Positions 1 through 11,145 of a DNA stretch of 64,000 nucleotides are shown piece after piece. Source of the DNA: Neoconidiobolus thromboides FSU 785 (taxonomy: Eukaryota; Fungi; Entomophthoromycota); assembly GCA_025603075.1 (NCBI GenBank), contig MU626284.1, forward strand, positions 96,170 through 160,169, read 5' to 3'. Below the pieces are notes generated by a model that saw nothing but the letters and a program-made list of their open reading frames with translations, searched no databases and had not been told where the DNA came from. Both the position numbers and the translations under genes were made by a program. The first letter of the stretch is position 1. Each line of letters begins with the position of its first letter.

Positions 1-225
1 TTTTTTTAAATTGAGTATATGCTTTATTAAGTTTTTTTGTATGTTTTTTTGTATGTTTTTATCAATGCAATAATCTCTTTTGAAAAAAATAATAAGTGTG
101 GGGTAAAAAATAACTTAACTAAAAGGATTCTAAATCAACGTGAAATTTTTATTAAAAAAATCTACTATAAAAACATAAAAGTATAAATAACTATTAATTT
201 TCATAATTTATTATATCAATAAAAA

Positions 226-411
226 ATGAAATTATTAATTTTGATGTTAATTAATCTTTCTTCCTTAATATCTCAAAAAACAATTGAGATAAGTAATCCT
301 GGAATGATGGATGGCATGCAATTTGCATCGTGTGAAATGAGTTGTGAATTAAAATTTGCTTTTAATCCAATGGGTAAATCGTCTTGTCGTAGAAATTGTT
401 TTGTAGATTAA
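226..411 (+). CDS. Small secreted Cys-rich peptide (61 aa, CX3C-X13-CX3C)
   Basis: ATG start and hydrophobic N-terminus MKLLILMLINLSSLIS. Four Cys as CEMSC...CRRNC. GC is higher than the flanks, TATA-like CTATAAAA/GTATAAATA lies at 165-189, and AATAAA occurs downstream. Confidence 0.6.
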   Translation: MKLLILMLINLSSLISQKTIEISNPGMMDGMQFASCEMSCELKFAFNPMGKSSCRRNCFVD

Positions 412-772
412 TGTTCTTTTTTATATGGAAATTCCTTCCAACTGTGTTAGTTTTGATATATAATAAAGTTAAATAAAGATATCATTTCATTTTGATATTT
501 TCTTATTAGGTTGATTTAATCTTAAAGCAATGATTATTAATTGACACTTTCATTTAAGTAATCTTTGTTAGAAATATTTTTTAAATAAAATAAACATAAT
601 TATATATATATTTATTGATGTCTAATACCTGGTGTTAATTTTGCCCTTCTTGTTTTGAAGTTGAAAACATATTAGATCATAGGCTCTTCGCTTGCCCTAA
701 TTTAAAGGTTTTTTAGTACAACTGCGTGTCTACTATTATTCTCGGCCTCCTCAATATTAAATTTGATATTAT

Positions 773-871
773 GGGGATGTTTTTTTTGGTTTCATTACTT
801 TTTCCATCCTCTAAGTACTATTTGAGCGGAAAAATTATTAATAAAATCCTTAAATATAAAAATACATCCCC
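773..871 (+). mobile_element. 99-bp MITE, copy 1 (TSD TTAT)
   Basis: TIR GGGGATGT...ACATCCCC flanked by direct repeat TTAT/TTAT. Internal sequence is shared with the other copies. Confidence 0.85.
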
Positions 872-2033
872 TTATGGATATCACTTCTTATCCCTCTTGT
901 TTTCACTCTTTCTTTGTTGGATCGTTTTATCGACGATGTGCGCCATCTATTAGCTATATACAAAATTGTCCTTTGACAAGGACCCCACTAGAATGACAAT
1001 TAACCTCCCATTTATTGAATAAAGAACATCGTAAATTAGTGATTTCAAATTCTCCAAACTTCGTCTGACCAAGAGCCAGAAAGGTAGGAAAATTATCCTA
1101 TCATAGCCTTTAACACTTATTCTCTAATTTATTTTTGCATTTGCTGATGATCCATTTGAAGGTATTGTCCCTATCAAGAGTTTAAAAAAACTCAACGTTA
1201 AACATCCAAACTGAGTCTTTCTAATCATTATTATCTGTATTTAAGAATCCTCGAATACATTCATACATTGAATGCACCAGTTATTACAGAGAGCCTGAAT
1301 AAATGTGATAAATGAAATCAGTAATTTTGTTAACTGTTCCAGTAGTATCTTCTAAAAAAACTTCTTAATTCACAGCTGAATCAGGAATCAGTACCTTTAG
1401 TACGTTGTCACTTCACTTTGAAGAACCAACCATTTCGATATTCATAAATAGTCTCAATTCTGGTACATTCTAATGAGTTAAAAAAGCTAAGAATGACGTA
1501 ACATATTCAGGCATTAACATACCAACCATTTCTAGCTATATAAGAGTTCTAATTATAGCTGTATTAGCGTTTGGTTTAGTTGCAATATCTTCAATATTTT
1601 TATTAGCATCTCTTAAATAAGAATTTGAGTTAAATGATTGGATGTTTAGTTTACAAGGAAAGTAGTTAGCTTGTGTCAGGAATTGCCTTGATATTTCTAG
1701 TTTAACAAAGAATCTGAAAGATAAATTTAATCTTGTTAATAATAATAATAATAATGGTAATTACAACTCAATTTATTAAAATATTAGAATTAGTTATTTA
1801 AAAAAGCATCTGCTGAATCTTTTGAACTGGATTCAACAACCCTTTAACCAGTTTTTAAAACTTTAATCCTTTATGAAATTAGAATTAAAATTAAAATGGA
1901 TTATGAAATTTTATTTTTAAACAATTTTTGTCTAATTTTAGATTATTATAAATAATTAAACTTTATTTAATACAAGTTTTAAACAGCTGATTTAAAACTA
2001 TTATATAATTTAGTAGTAAAAGCACTATTTATA

Positions 2034-2128
2034 TAGAATGTTTTTTTTGGCTTCATTACTTTTTTCGTTTTTTAAGCGCTATTTGAGTAGAATAATTGTT
2101 AGCAATTCTAATACAAAAATACATCCCC
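2034..2128 (+). mobile_element. MITE copy 2 (left TIR eroded)
   Basis: Family core GGCTTCATTACTTTTT..TAAGCGCTATTTGAGT and right end ACATCCCC. Confidence 0.75.
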
Positions 2129-2339
2129 AAATTATATACGCTTTTTTTTAATGAATATAAATATAAAATGAAATAGCTGTTATTATAGTAGGAATTAATT
2201 TTCAATATTATAATTACATTAATTAATATTAGAATTTTTTATTTTTTATTTATTTTTGTTTTCTATGAGAATTCCTGCTATATAATTCCAAACGATGTTA
2301 TCTCCCCGTTTTGATATCCATACTTGAAGTATAAAACAG

Positions 2340-3169
2340 CTTTTAGAATATGGTAACTCGAGGCTTTCTAATTGAATTATTCCTTGATATCGTACCTTTA
2401 ATAAAGCCACTAGATCTTTCCGATGATATTTTATATTATCGTTGTCTATTCTATTTTTCTTATATAGTGTGAAATCTGGTGCTCAGTGATTGAAGTCAGA
2501 AACAGCTATTTCCTGGTTGCCTACACTATAAGTCAAAAGATCTTAGTTTATGTGACTAAGATAGACTTGGATTATGAAGGATAGCACGTAATAGGTTACA
2601 AGCTATATAAGACAAATAGAATAGACAATACTATGTGAGATCTGGTACTCAGGGTTTGGAGTCAAGAACAGCTATTGCTGGGTTGACTACACTATAAGTC
2701 GAAAGGTCTTAGTTTATGTGACTAAGATAGACTTGGATTATGAGGAATAGCACTTAATAGGTTATAAGCTATATAAGACAAGTAGAATAGACAATACTAA
2801 TGTAAAATCTATGTAAAATACTATTAAGAGAACTTAGTGGCTTTATTAAATGTTCGAGATATCAGGGAATAATTCAGTTAAAAAGTCTTGAGCTATTATG
2901 TTTTAGAATCTCTTTTATACTCCGATCAGAATAAGAGCATGTGACTAATTGTCTCTATAATCGAGAACACGACAGCTTAGGCGATTATTATGCTATAATT
3001 AACCATGGGGCTGACAAAGTGATATTTCACAATAGTCTGTAACCTATTACGTGCTATCCTTCATAATCCAAGTCTATCTTAGTCACATAAACTAAGATCT
3101 TTTGACTTATAGTGTAAGCAACCAGGAAATAGCTGTTTCTGACTTCAATCACTGAGCACCAGATTTCAC
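2340..3169. repeat. Nested inverted/tandem repeat complex (foldback-like element)
   Basis: 2469-2600 is the reverse complement of 3038-3169 with 1 mismatch in 132 bp. A diverged tandem copy of about 166 bp lies at 2635-2799. Outer diverged inverted arms are 2340-2467 and 2768-2909. Confidence 0.9.
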
Positions 3170-4298
3170 GACAATTAGGTAGTAAAAGTTTTTATAGTAA
3201 ATCAAAATAAAAAACTGTAAATCATATTACATAAATTACAATCAAACTAACTATAAAGCTGTAATTAGGTTTATAAACAAGTTAAACAATTTACTATACT
3301 GTAATTAACTACAAAATTAACAAAGCAACATTTTATATATGTTAAGTGGTTTGAAAGATACAATTAAAAAATAAATTTATATAATATATATGCCTAATAT
3401 ACAATTAAAAAATACCAAAAGAAAATATAACAGTAAATAAAACAAGGATAAGAAGTTTTTTTGGCAAACAAAAGTTTACAATAATTTGTTAAGAAAATGT
3501 ATAAACAAAAAAAGCTATTTGATAAAATATAAAATATAAAATTGTAATGATAATAATACAAATAAACAATTAAAATATTAATTAATATAGCTAAAAAAAT
3601 TTACAACAAAAGTTTAAATTGATTTATATAAATAGCATTATTTCATTTATAATACTTTTGATTAAAAATAGTAATTTTAAATATAATGAATGATTTTTAG
3701 ATTTATAATAAATTTATACTACAATATTATAATAAATTAGCAACAAATAATTTAATTTAAAAATCAATGTTCTATAACACATATTAATTTGATAAATTTA
3801 ATAAAACCAGATATAATAGGATTTTTAAAAAAAGCTATTATATTTAAAAAAAATCATAGTTTATATTAAAATATAAAATATAAAAATAAAGCATCTTGTA
3901 ATTAAAAAATAAAATCTCTTATAATAAATTTAAATGAAAGAAACTTTAAATCAGTTATATATAAATTTAAAAATATCCCTAGTTAAATTAACTATAAAAG
4001 CATAACTATTATAATAATCAATTATTAAACTGTTTAAATAATACTTAGAAAACAAAGAAAGTAATAAAACTAAAAAAAGATTGCTATTTTTTCAAAATAA
4101 TACAGACTATTATTATTTAATAAAACAATCAAAAAGAAAACAGTAATTATTGTAATTAAATTGATTTTTGATTGATTTTTTAAAGTTTTTAAATTTTAAA
4201 TTTTGCACAATTTTTTGTTTATAAATAAAAATATAACTCAAACAAAAAAATTTATATTAAATTTATATTTAATTAAATATTATTTCAAGAAACTATAT

Positions 4299-4395
4299 AG
4301 GGATGTTTTTTTTGATTTCATTACTTTTTCTTCTTTAAGCATTATTTGAGCAGAAAAATTGTTAGTAAAATTCTTAAACATAAAAATACATCTCC
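4299..4395 (+). mobile_element. MITE copy 3 (TSD ATAT)
   Basis: AGGGATGT...ACATCTCC flanked by ATAT/ATAT, with the family core. Confidence 0.8.
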
Positions 4396-4852
4396 ATATA
4401 ACTTTTTAAAAGTTAGATTTTGATCTAATTTTGAAAAGAAACTAAAATCAACTTAATTATGCCATTTGTTTTTGGGGCATATTATTTTTCAAAAAGTATG
4501 CCACATACTGTTCAGAAGTTTCCTATTAAATTTTATTATGACTAATTTATCTTAAGTCATGTTTTTAATTGGTTCAATAAGGTTTTAATTGGGATTTGAT
4601 TTCGAGGTAAATCTGATTCAAGCTTAAAAAATTTTCCAAAAAATTTTCCATAAATTTAGATTTTTAAAATCAAAATCACTAAATTATCCTATAAAATCAT
4701 CTCTAATTTAAAAAGTATAAATAGAACTTGAAGCATCATTATTTTATCTTTTAAAAAATAATAATTTGAATTAACTATTGTTTTAATATTTAAACTTAAC
4801 CCGATTACACTTATATTACATTACTTTTGTATATTTCTAGCAATTCAATAAG

Positions 4853-6142
4853 ATGAAACGTCCTAATGGTAAAACAAGTGAAACTGAACCTTCCCCTAAA
4901 CCAACAGTTAAGAGGGGGCGTGGCCGCACTCCCGGTAAAGCTGTTGCTTCATTAAACGCTATTCCTTCCCTTAACACAGAAACTGGGTTGGTTTTTATTT
5001 GCGGTCAAGGCGATTGTTCTCAACTTGGACTAGGTGAAGATATTATTGAAAGAAAAAAACCATTCCAAATCAAAAATCTAACTAATGTTGTTGAACTCGT
5101 TGCTGGTGGACTACATTCTCTAGCTATTAATGATAAGGGTCAATTATATTCTTGGGGATGCAATGACGAAGGTGCTCTTGGTAGAGAAGGTGACGAATGG
5201 GAACCTGCTTTAGTTACCCTTGGTGAGGATATCAAAGTTGTTCAAGTTACTGCTGGTGATTCCATTACTGCTTGTGTTACTTCTGAAGGTAATTTATATG
5301 CTTGGGGTACTTTTAGAAACCCAAGTGGTGTTTTGGGCTTCGTTGGAAACAAGAAACATATCCAAAAGACACCATTAAAGATTGAGGTAGGTACCCCATC
5401 AACTAAAGTTGTCAAAGTAGTCGCTGGTAATAATCACTTGGTTGTTTTAACTACTAAAGGAAAGGTATATACCGTTGGTGATAACAAAGCTTCTCAATGC
5501 GGATTTAAGGAATACGATAGTAAGAATATCTCTAGTGAGGAAAAATCTTTAAAACTCAATCCACTCCCAGTTAAAAATATTGTTAACATCTTTGCTGGTG
5601 GTTACCATTCATTCGCTCGTGAAAAGACTGGAAGAATATATTCTTGGGGCATGAATAACTATAATCAATGCGCTATTGTAACCAAGGGTAATCTTGCTGG
5701 TGAAAGAATTGAAAAACCTACTCTTAGTCATGGACTTACTGGAAATGATATCACTGAACTTTCTGGTGGTGAGCACCACACTTTAGCTTTAGGTGGGGGT
5801 AAAGTATATGGTGTCGGTCGTACTGACTCATCTCAGCTTGGATTGCCAAAAGACCATCCAAGTGTTGTAAAGAGTAAAGATGGCAGCAAGGCTGCAGTTG
5901 AGGTCCTTACTGAAATCTCAGTTGGCACCACTGCCGCAAGTGTTATTTGTGGTTCAAATCAATCTTTCGCTGTGACTACTGATCAAAAGGCCAGCGCTTG
6001 GGGATTCGGCGAATCCTTTGCTTTAGGACATGGTTCTGAAGAAGACCAAGAAACTCCAAAGGTTATTGAGGCTCTTTCTACTAAGAAAGTTCTAAAAGTA
6101 GCATCTGGTGGTCAACATACCCTCTTTTTAGTTAAGGAATAA
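4853..6142 (+). CDS. RCC1: Regulator of chromosome condensation RCC1 (Ran GEF; Srm1/Prp20/Pim1 family)
   Basis: Seven RCC1 repeats (e.g. VAGGLHSLAI..GQLYSWGCNDEGALGR, VAGNNHLVVL, SGGEHHTLAL, ASGGQHTLFL) and a basic N-terminal tail. Confidence 0.93.
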   Translation: MKRPNGKTSETEPSPKPTVKRGRGRTPGKAVASLNAIPSLNTETGLVFICGQGDCSQLGLGEDIIERKKPFQIKNLTNVVELVAGGLHSLAINDKGQLYSWGCNDEGALGREGDEWEPALVTLGEDIKVVQVTAGDSITACVTSEGNLYAWGTFRNPSGVLGFVGNKKHIQKTPLKIEVGTPSTKVVKVVAGNNHLVVLTTKGKVYTVGDNKASQCGFKEYDSKNISSEEKSLKLNPLPVKNIVNIFAGGYHSFAREKTGRIYSWGMNNYNQCAIVTKGNLAGERIEKPTLSHGLTGNDITELSGGEHHTLALGGGKVYGVGRTDSSQLGLPKDHPSVVKSKDGSKAAVEVLTEISVGTTAASVICGSNQSFAVTTDQKASAWGFGESFALGHGSEEDQETPKVIEALSTKKVLKVASGGQHTLFLVKE

Positions 6143-6673
6143 TTTATAGGTTAAAACTTATGTGATGAAAAATAATTTTGACTATTTAGTCAGTAAAATT
6201 TAAATACGTAACTTATTAATAAACCAACCAACATAATACCTAATAAAATTATATTATACACATAATGTTTTATTTTAGTATGTCTTTTACCTTAATATTG
6301 TAGTATTAACTTACATACTTCGGATAAATTATTGCATCACTTAGTCAACTGACCTTTTATATGGCGTTTAATATAAAATCCCATAATTCATCAGTTTAGA
6401 TTCGTTGATGAGATCATCAGCTAAAAATTTGATCATTTTTTAAAAGAATGGCTTATAATTTATTACATGAGCTAAATTTAAAGAAATTAATTTATTTCAA
6501 AATATTTAAAGTGTGCTCAAGTTAATATAGCTGTTAAAGTACAATTGTGCAATGGTTAGCAATGATTTTCATGACTAGTAATTTGTATGATTACTGATTT
6601 ATGGCTTAATGGGTGAAGTTTTGTCTTAATATAATCATTATATTTATGTGCTAATCAAAGCATAATATTAAAT

Positions 6674-6770
6674 GGGGATGTATTTTTATGTTCAAAAGCT
6701 TTACTAACAAATTTTACACTCAAATAGTGCCAAAAGATAGAAAAAGTAATGAAGTTAAAAAAATACTCCC
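6674..6770 (-). mobile_element. MITE copy 4 (TSD AAAT)
   Basis: GGGGATGT...ATACTCCC flanked by AAAT/AAAT, in reverse orientation. Confidence 0.8.
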
Positions 6771-8755
6771 AAATACTTATTATTCCTCATTTACTTCAGA
6801 TTTCATACATATAATTGTAAAAATTCAGAAAACTCTATAGAACTTTAAAGTCCAGACTATACAGCTGTTAGAATACAAACCTGCAGTAGTTAACACTCAT
6901 TTTAACTATTGTTAAATCATCTCTTATCTGCTGCTTAAATTTAATACCAGTATTTTTTATCAGCCTCATAAAATAGAAGCCCATTTTGAAAAAACACTTA
7001 CAAAAATAGTTTAAATAAAACCCCTTAGGGATACAGTTGGACTCACTTCGAATTGAAAATAATGAACAGTTAGTTTATTTTAAAGTTTCAGTAAATTAGA
7101 CTAAAATTTTGGATTAGTAGTTTTTACCACATTTTAATAAAACAATTTACAAATTGAGCTAATTTTTTCTTGTTAACTTATCTTAACTTCACAATAAATC
7201 GCTTTTTGTTATGAAATTTGAAATGTAAAAACCAAAAATTCTTCTAGTTTTTTATTTGAATTTTATTTTTACTATTTTTACTTTAAAATATCTTTAATTA
7301 ATAATAATTTTGAGCTACAAATATAAGAAAAAGATACTAGAAATAACAATAATCAAAATGATAGCATACCATATTACACTTATCTACAAATAGTCCTTTA
7401 GTTTATCATTATAAGCTTCAATGAAAAGTGTTGATTTTTTAAACAGCAAACACCTTAGAAAAATCAACTAAATTACTAACTTTAAAAAATACCTCCTACT
7501 TATTTTTGATTTGAGGTGAGCCAACTATAAAGGAATTGGAAATAAAACTATACTAAAATTAAAGTTCAAGCTTATATCTCCCAAACTTTGAGCTAAAAAA
7601 GTAGAAAACAGCTACATAAAGGGCTACTTAATAATTTTTGAAAAATGCTCATGATTCAACTTCGTAATTTCAGTAATTGACTGATTGCCATTAGGTTTTT
7701 TGATAAAGGCGTTGCTGTTGTCAAGTTAAAGCTAAGTGTAATCTGGATTCTTCTGGAGCACACTTTAATGAATTTAAACTATAATAAAAATAAATAAATG
7801 AAGCAATATGATCCAATTTGCATGCTGATAAAGCAAAATGACTGAAATTGTGAGTGCTTATTCAAACTATAAAAATTTAATAAAAAAATCGTATTTTTAG
7901 AATGAAATTTTTACTAAAGATAAAATCCCGCGCTTACTACTTAAAAAAGTAAAAACTAATGATTTTTGTTCTAAGCATTAAAATTAATTAAAATCAAATG
8001 AATGAAATAAATATAAAAATGAGATATTAAACTTAACTATTTATATCTAATTTAATTCATATTTGTATTTTTAAATTCTTATTAAGTTTGTTTATCAAGT
8101 TACTATTTAAATTTATTTGTAAAAATCATTGTTATATTTGTGAGTTTTTAATTGAAAACTCTATTCGATTTGCGCAAGCTTTATAGTGCAACAAATCATT
8201 ATAATCCATTATTATTTAATATCTTTATACTCTATCATTCGCTCTTTATAACTCTCTTTTTTATTAAAATATTTTTTTTATAATATTTATAAGCACTTTA
8301 ACTAAAATTTCAAGTTTTAAATTAATAGAAATTTTAAATGCCAACTTGAATTTGAAAAAAATAAAATCAAGCAACTTTTTAAGTTTACCAAATTCAGTTA
8401 AAGTTAATAAAAGTTTAAAATTAGAATTTAACAAAAAGAACTAAGCATTAAAAGCTAGAGATGAGATCAGCTAAATTTAATTTGAAAGGGTGGTAACTAA
8501 AGAAAGAGTTTAAAAATTAATAATACCAAGAGATCAACTTAGTTATAAAGAAAGTATAAAAGAAGAACTAATAGAAATTTGATTTTTTTAATCGTTACAT
8601 ATTATAGTATTACAGTATAGTTTAGCATCTTATAATTAGAGCCTATTGATATAACTCAATTTATCTTTGATATATTAATTGTCATTCATAAAACTCATTT
8701 ATTAAACATATACTCTCATTAAACATAATTTAATTTTATTTCAACTAATTATAAA

Positions 8756-10123
8756 ATGGAATATACAGCTGAAGAATATAGTAAAATTGGTAGCCGATTA
8801 AGACACACTACCCGTAAACAACAAGTTGAGTATGAATTAGTAGATATTGTAGGACGCGGGTCATGTGGAGCGGTATATTTAGCACAGATGGTGAATGAAC
8901 CTTATACTTTATTTGCAGTAAAAACTTTAGCTAAAAATGCACTAAGGCCTCAAATTTGCGAAGAGATTTCGATCCATCGTATGGTTAGCTGGCACCCCTC
9001 TGTAGTTAGCTTAGAATTTGTGATTGAATTAGAGAACACTATCTATATAGGATTAGAGTATTGCAAAGGCGGAGACCTTTATGATGCTATAACAATTGGA
9101 AATATTACCAACTGTTCAGAAGATGAGATTGAGCCTGATGTCAACGACAATAAACCTACTAATCGAGATGAGCTTGTCAGAAACTTATTTTTAGGGATTT
9201 TAAATGCTACAGACTTTTGTCATTCAAGAGGGGTCTACCATCGAGATTTAAAGCCAGAAAACATCTTATTAGATCAAGATTGTAAAATCAAGATAGCTGA
9301 TTTTGGGTTGGCTACACGCTCTATTTGGAGTAAAGAATATGGTTGTGGCTCCTGCTTTTATATGGCACCAGAAGCACATAAACCAAAGAGTAAAAATAAG
9401 ACCAATATGTATTATTGTACCTCCGCAGCCGATATTTGGTCTTTAGGAATTATTTTTTTAAACTTATGTTTTGGTAGAAACCCATGGAAAAGAGCTTCCA
9501 CTGAAGATCAAGCATTTTTAGAATATATCTTTAATCCAAACTTATTAAAAGAAATGTTCCCACTGAGTGATTATGGCCATAAACTGGTAACCAAAATGTT
9601 ATGTATCAATCCATTGAGAAGGATTACTATCAATGAATTGATCAAAGAAGTCAAGTCGATCCCTTACTTCATTAAAAAGAAGCAAAAAGATTCAGTGCGC
9701 TACCCAACTAAAAAACAAGCTAATAATATAATAAATAACTATAAGAATGATAATATGTCGATGAACGAAACTATCATTAAAAGCACTTTAAGTGAAATGA
9801 ACCAAGTTACGCCCAAGATTCAAGTTGAAAAAATGACAGCTGAAGACAGTGGAATAAGTGAGAGTGATGGTACACAAATCAAGTCCAACGAAGAGGGAGA
9901 GGAGGATTTTGTAACTACATTATCAGGCTCACCACCTGTAATTAGCAGTAAAAAAAGTTCATTTGATGAAATTGAGATTGAAAAACTATCTGTTGAAAAA
10001 AGGACAGAAAACTGGATTCAACAACATGCCAAAATTAACAAATTAAATTTAAATATTAACGCTTCAGATCAATCCATCAACGCTTATTGGTCTTGTGAAT
10101 CTGCCGCGCTATCCCCTGTTTAA
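8756..10123 (+). CDS. Ser/Thr protein kinase, Ran1/Pat1 (Sks1/Vhs1-like) family
   Basis: GRGSCGAV, VAVK-like FAVK, HRDLKPEN, DFG, GCGSCFYMAPE and FGRNPWKRA motifs typical of Ran1-family kinases, followed by a low-complexity tail. Confidence 0.88.
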   Translation: MEYTAEEYSKIGSRLRHTTRKQQVEYELVDIVGRGSCGAVYLAQMVNEPYTLFAVKTLAKNALRPQICEEISIHRMVSWHPSVVSLEFVIELENTIYIGLEYCKGGDLYDAITIGNITNCSEDEIEPDVNDNKPTNRDELVRNLFLGILNATDFCHSRGVYHRDLKPENILLDQDCKIKIADFGLATRSIWSKEYGCGSCFYMAPEAHKPKSKNKTNMYYCTSAADIWSLGIIFLNLCFGRNPWKRASTEDQAFLEYIFNPNLLKEMFPLSDYGHKLVTKMLCINPLRRITINELIKEVKSIPYFIKKKQKDSVRYPTKKQANNIINNYKNDNMSMNETIIKSTLSEMNQVTPKIQVEKMTAEDSGISESDGTQIKSNEEGEEDFVTTLSGSPPVISSKKSSFDEIEIEKLSVEKRTENWIQQHAKINKLNLNINASDQSINAYWSCESAALSPV

Positions 10124-11145
10124 ATGCCTTGCTTTTTATTTTTCTCCTCCTAATTTTTTAGTCTATTTTAGTATTTATTTTAGAAAAGTTTAAAAATAAA
10201 AATAAAAATTCAAACTTACTACAAATTAATTTGAAATAAGGGTTTTATAAATTACAGTTGATATAAGTACGATCTCAACCAAAACGAATATTTTAATTTT
10301 ACACATAATTTATGTTTAAGTAATTGGTATCCAATCAAGCTATTTAAACCTCAGATTAAGCTTGTTCCCAAATAACTGTTTTCCATGTAATCAATACATA
10401 TTTCTCTTACACAAACTGTTTAAAAATAATGTGGAAATATGCTTGCATTTCTTCTACTTTAGTTAATTGATTGACTTTGGGCTATTTTTAATTGATCTAA
10501 CTATTTATATGTATTGGTTAGTTTAAAATTTTAATACTTTGCTTGTATTGATATTAATTTAATTGAAATACATAAAAACACCTGTTTTGTATTGAAATTA
10601 GTTCATTACTTTTATACACAGGTTTACTATGTGTAGATTAGAACGATGAAAGTAAGTTACAATCAGAAAAAGAATATAACTATGCAATAAGCATTTAACT
10701 GAAAATTATTCAATTCATAAACTAGAGAAAGAGAAGATTAAAAGAAGCCAATTTGTACTAGATTAAAATATGAACAGAAGCATAGCATTTTTATACTTGT
10801 TTTGTCCAAACACTTTACTCATTCCAAGTCAGAGCTCATTTCTTTTCAAGACACAAATTTAGTAAGAGGAAATGACTATTTCTTAACCATGTCTATTTTC
10901 TACTAACAATAGCATGTTAATTAAAAAACAGTTCAGCAATTGAAATCACTTATAATGGAGAATGCTAAGAAAATCGTTGGTAACCAAAAGCTTAAAATAG
11001 CAAATTTTAATATAGAATATTCTAAACTTTAAATCTATGTGTGGAAAGATAATATCATCAAAATCACTGAAAATGATATATAAAGGATGTTGGAGTGATC
11101 AATTGATAATATAAAACGAGTATTTTTCTTGCTAATTACTACAAA

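Noticed and set aside
726-953. ORF-track 75-aa ORF
   Set aside because: It has a GTG start and nearly half of it is MITE copy 1, so it is a chance ORF through a repeat.
2469-2799. Tandem repeat as a CRISPR-like array
   Set aside because: There are only two adjacent units of about 166 bp with no unique spacers, in a eukaryotic context with no cas genes.
6790-7800. Possible reverse-transcriptase/integrase relic
   Set aside because: Only vague short motif resemblances were seen, stop density looks random, and no LTR or TSD was found.
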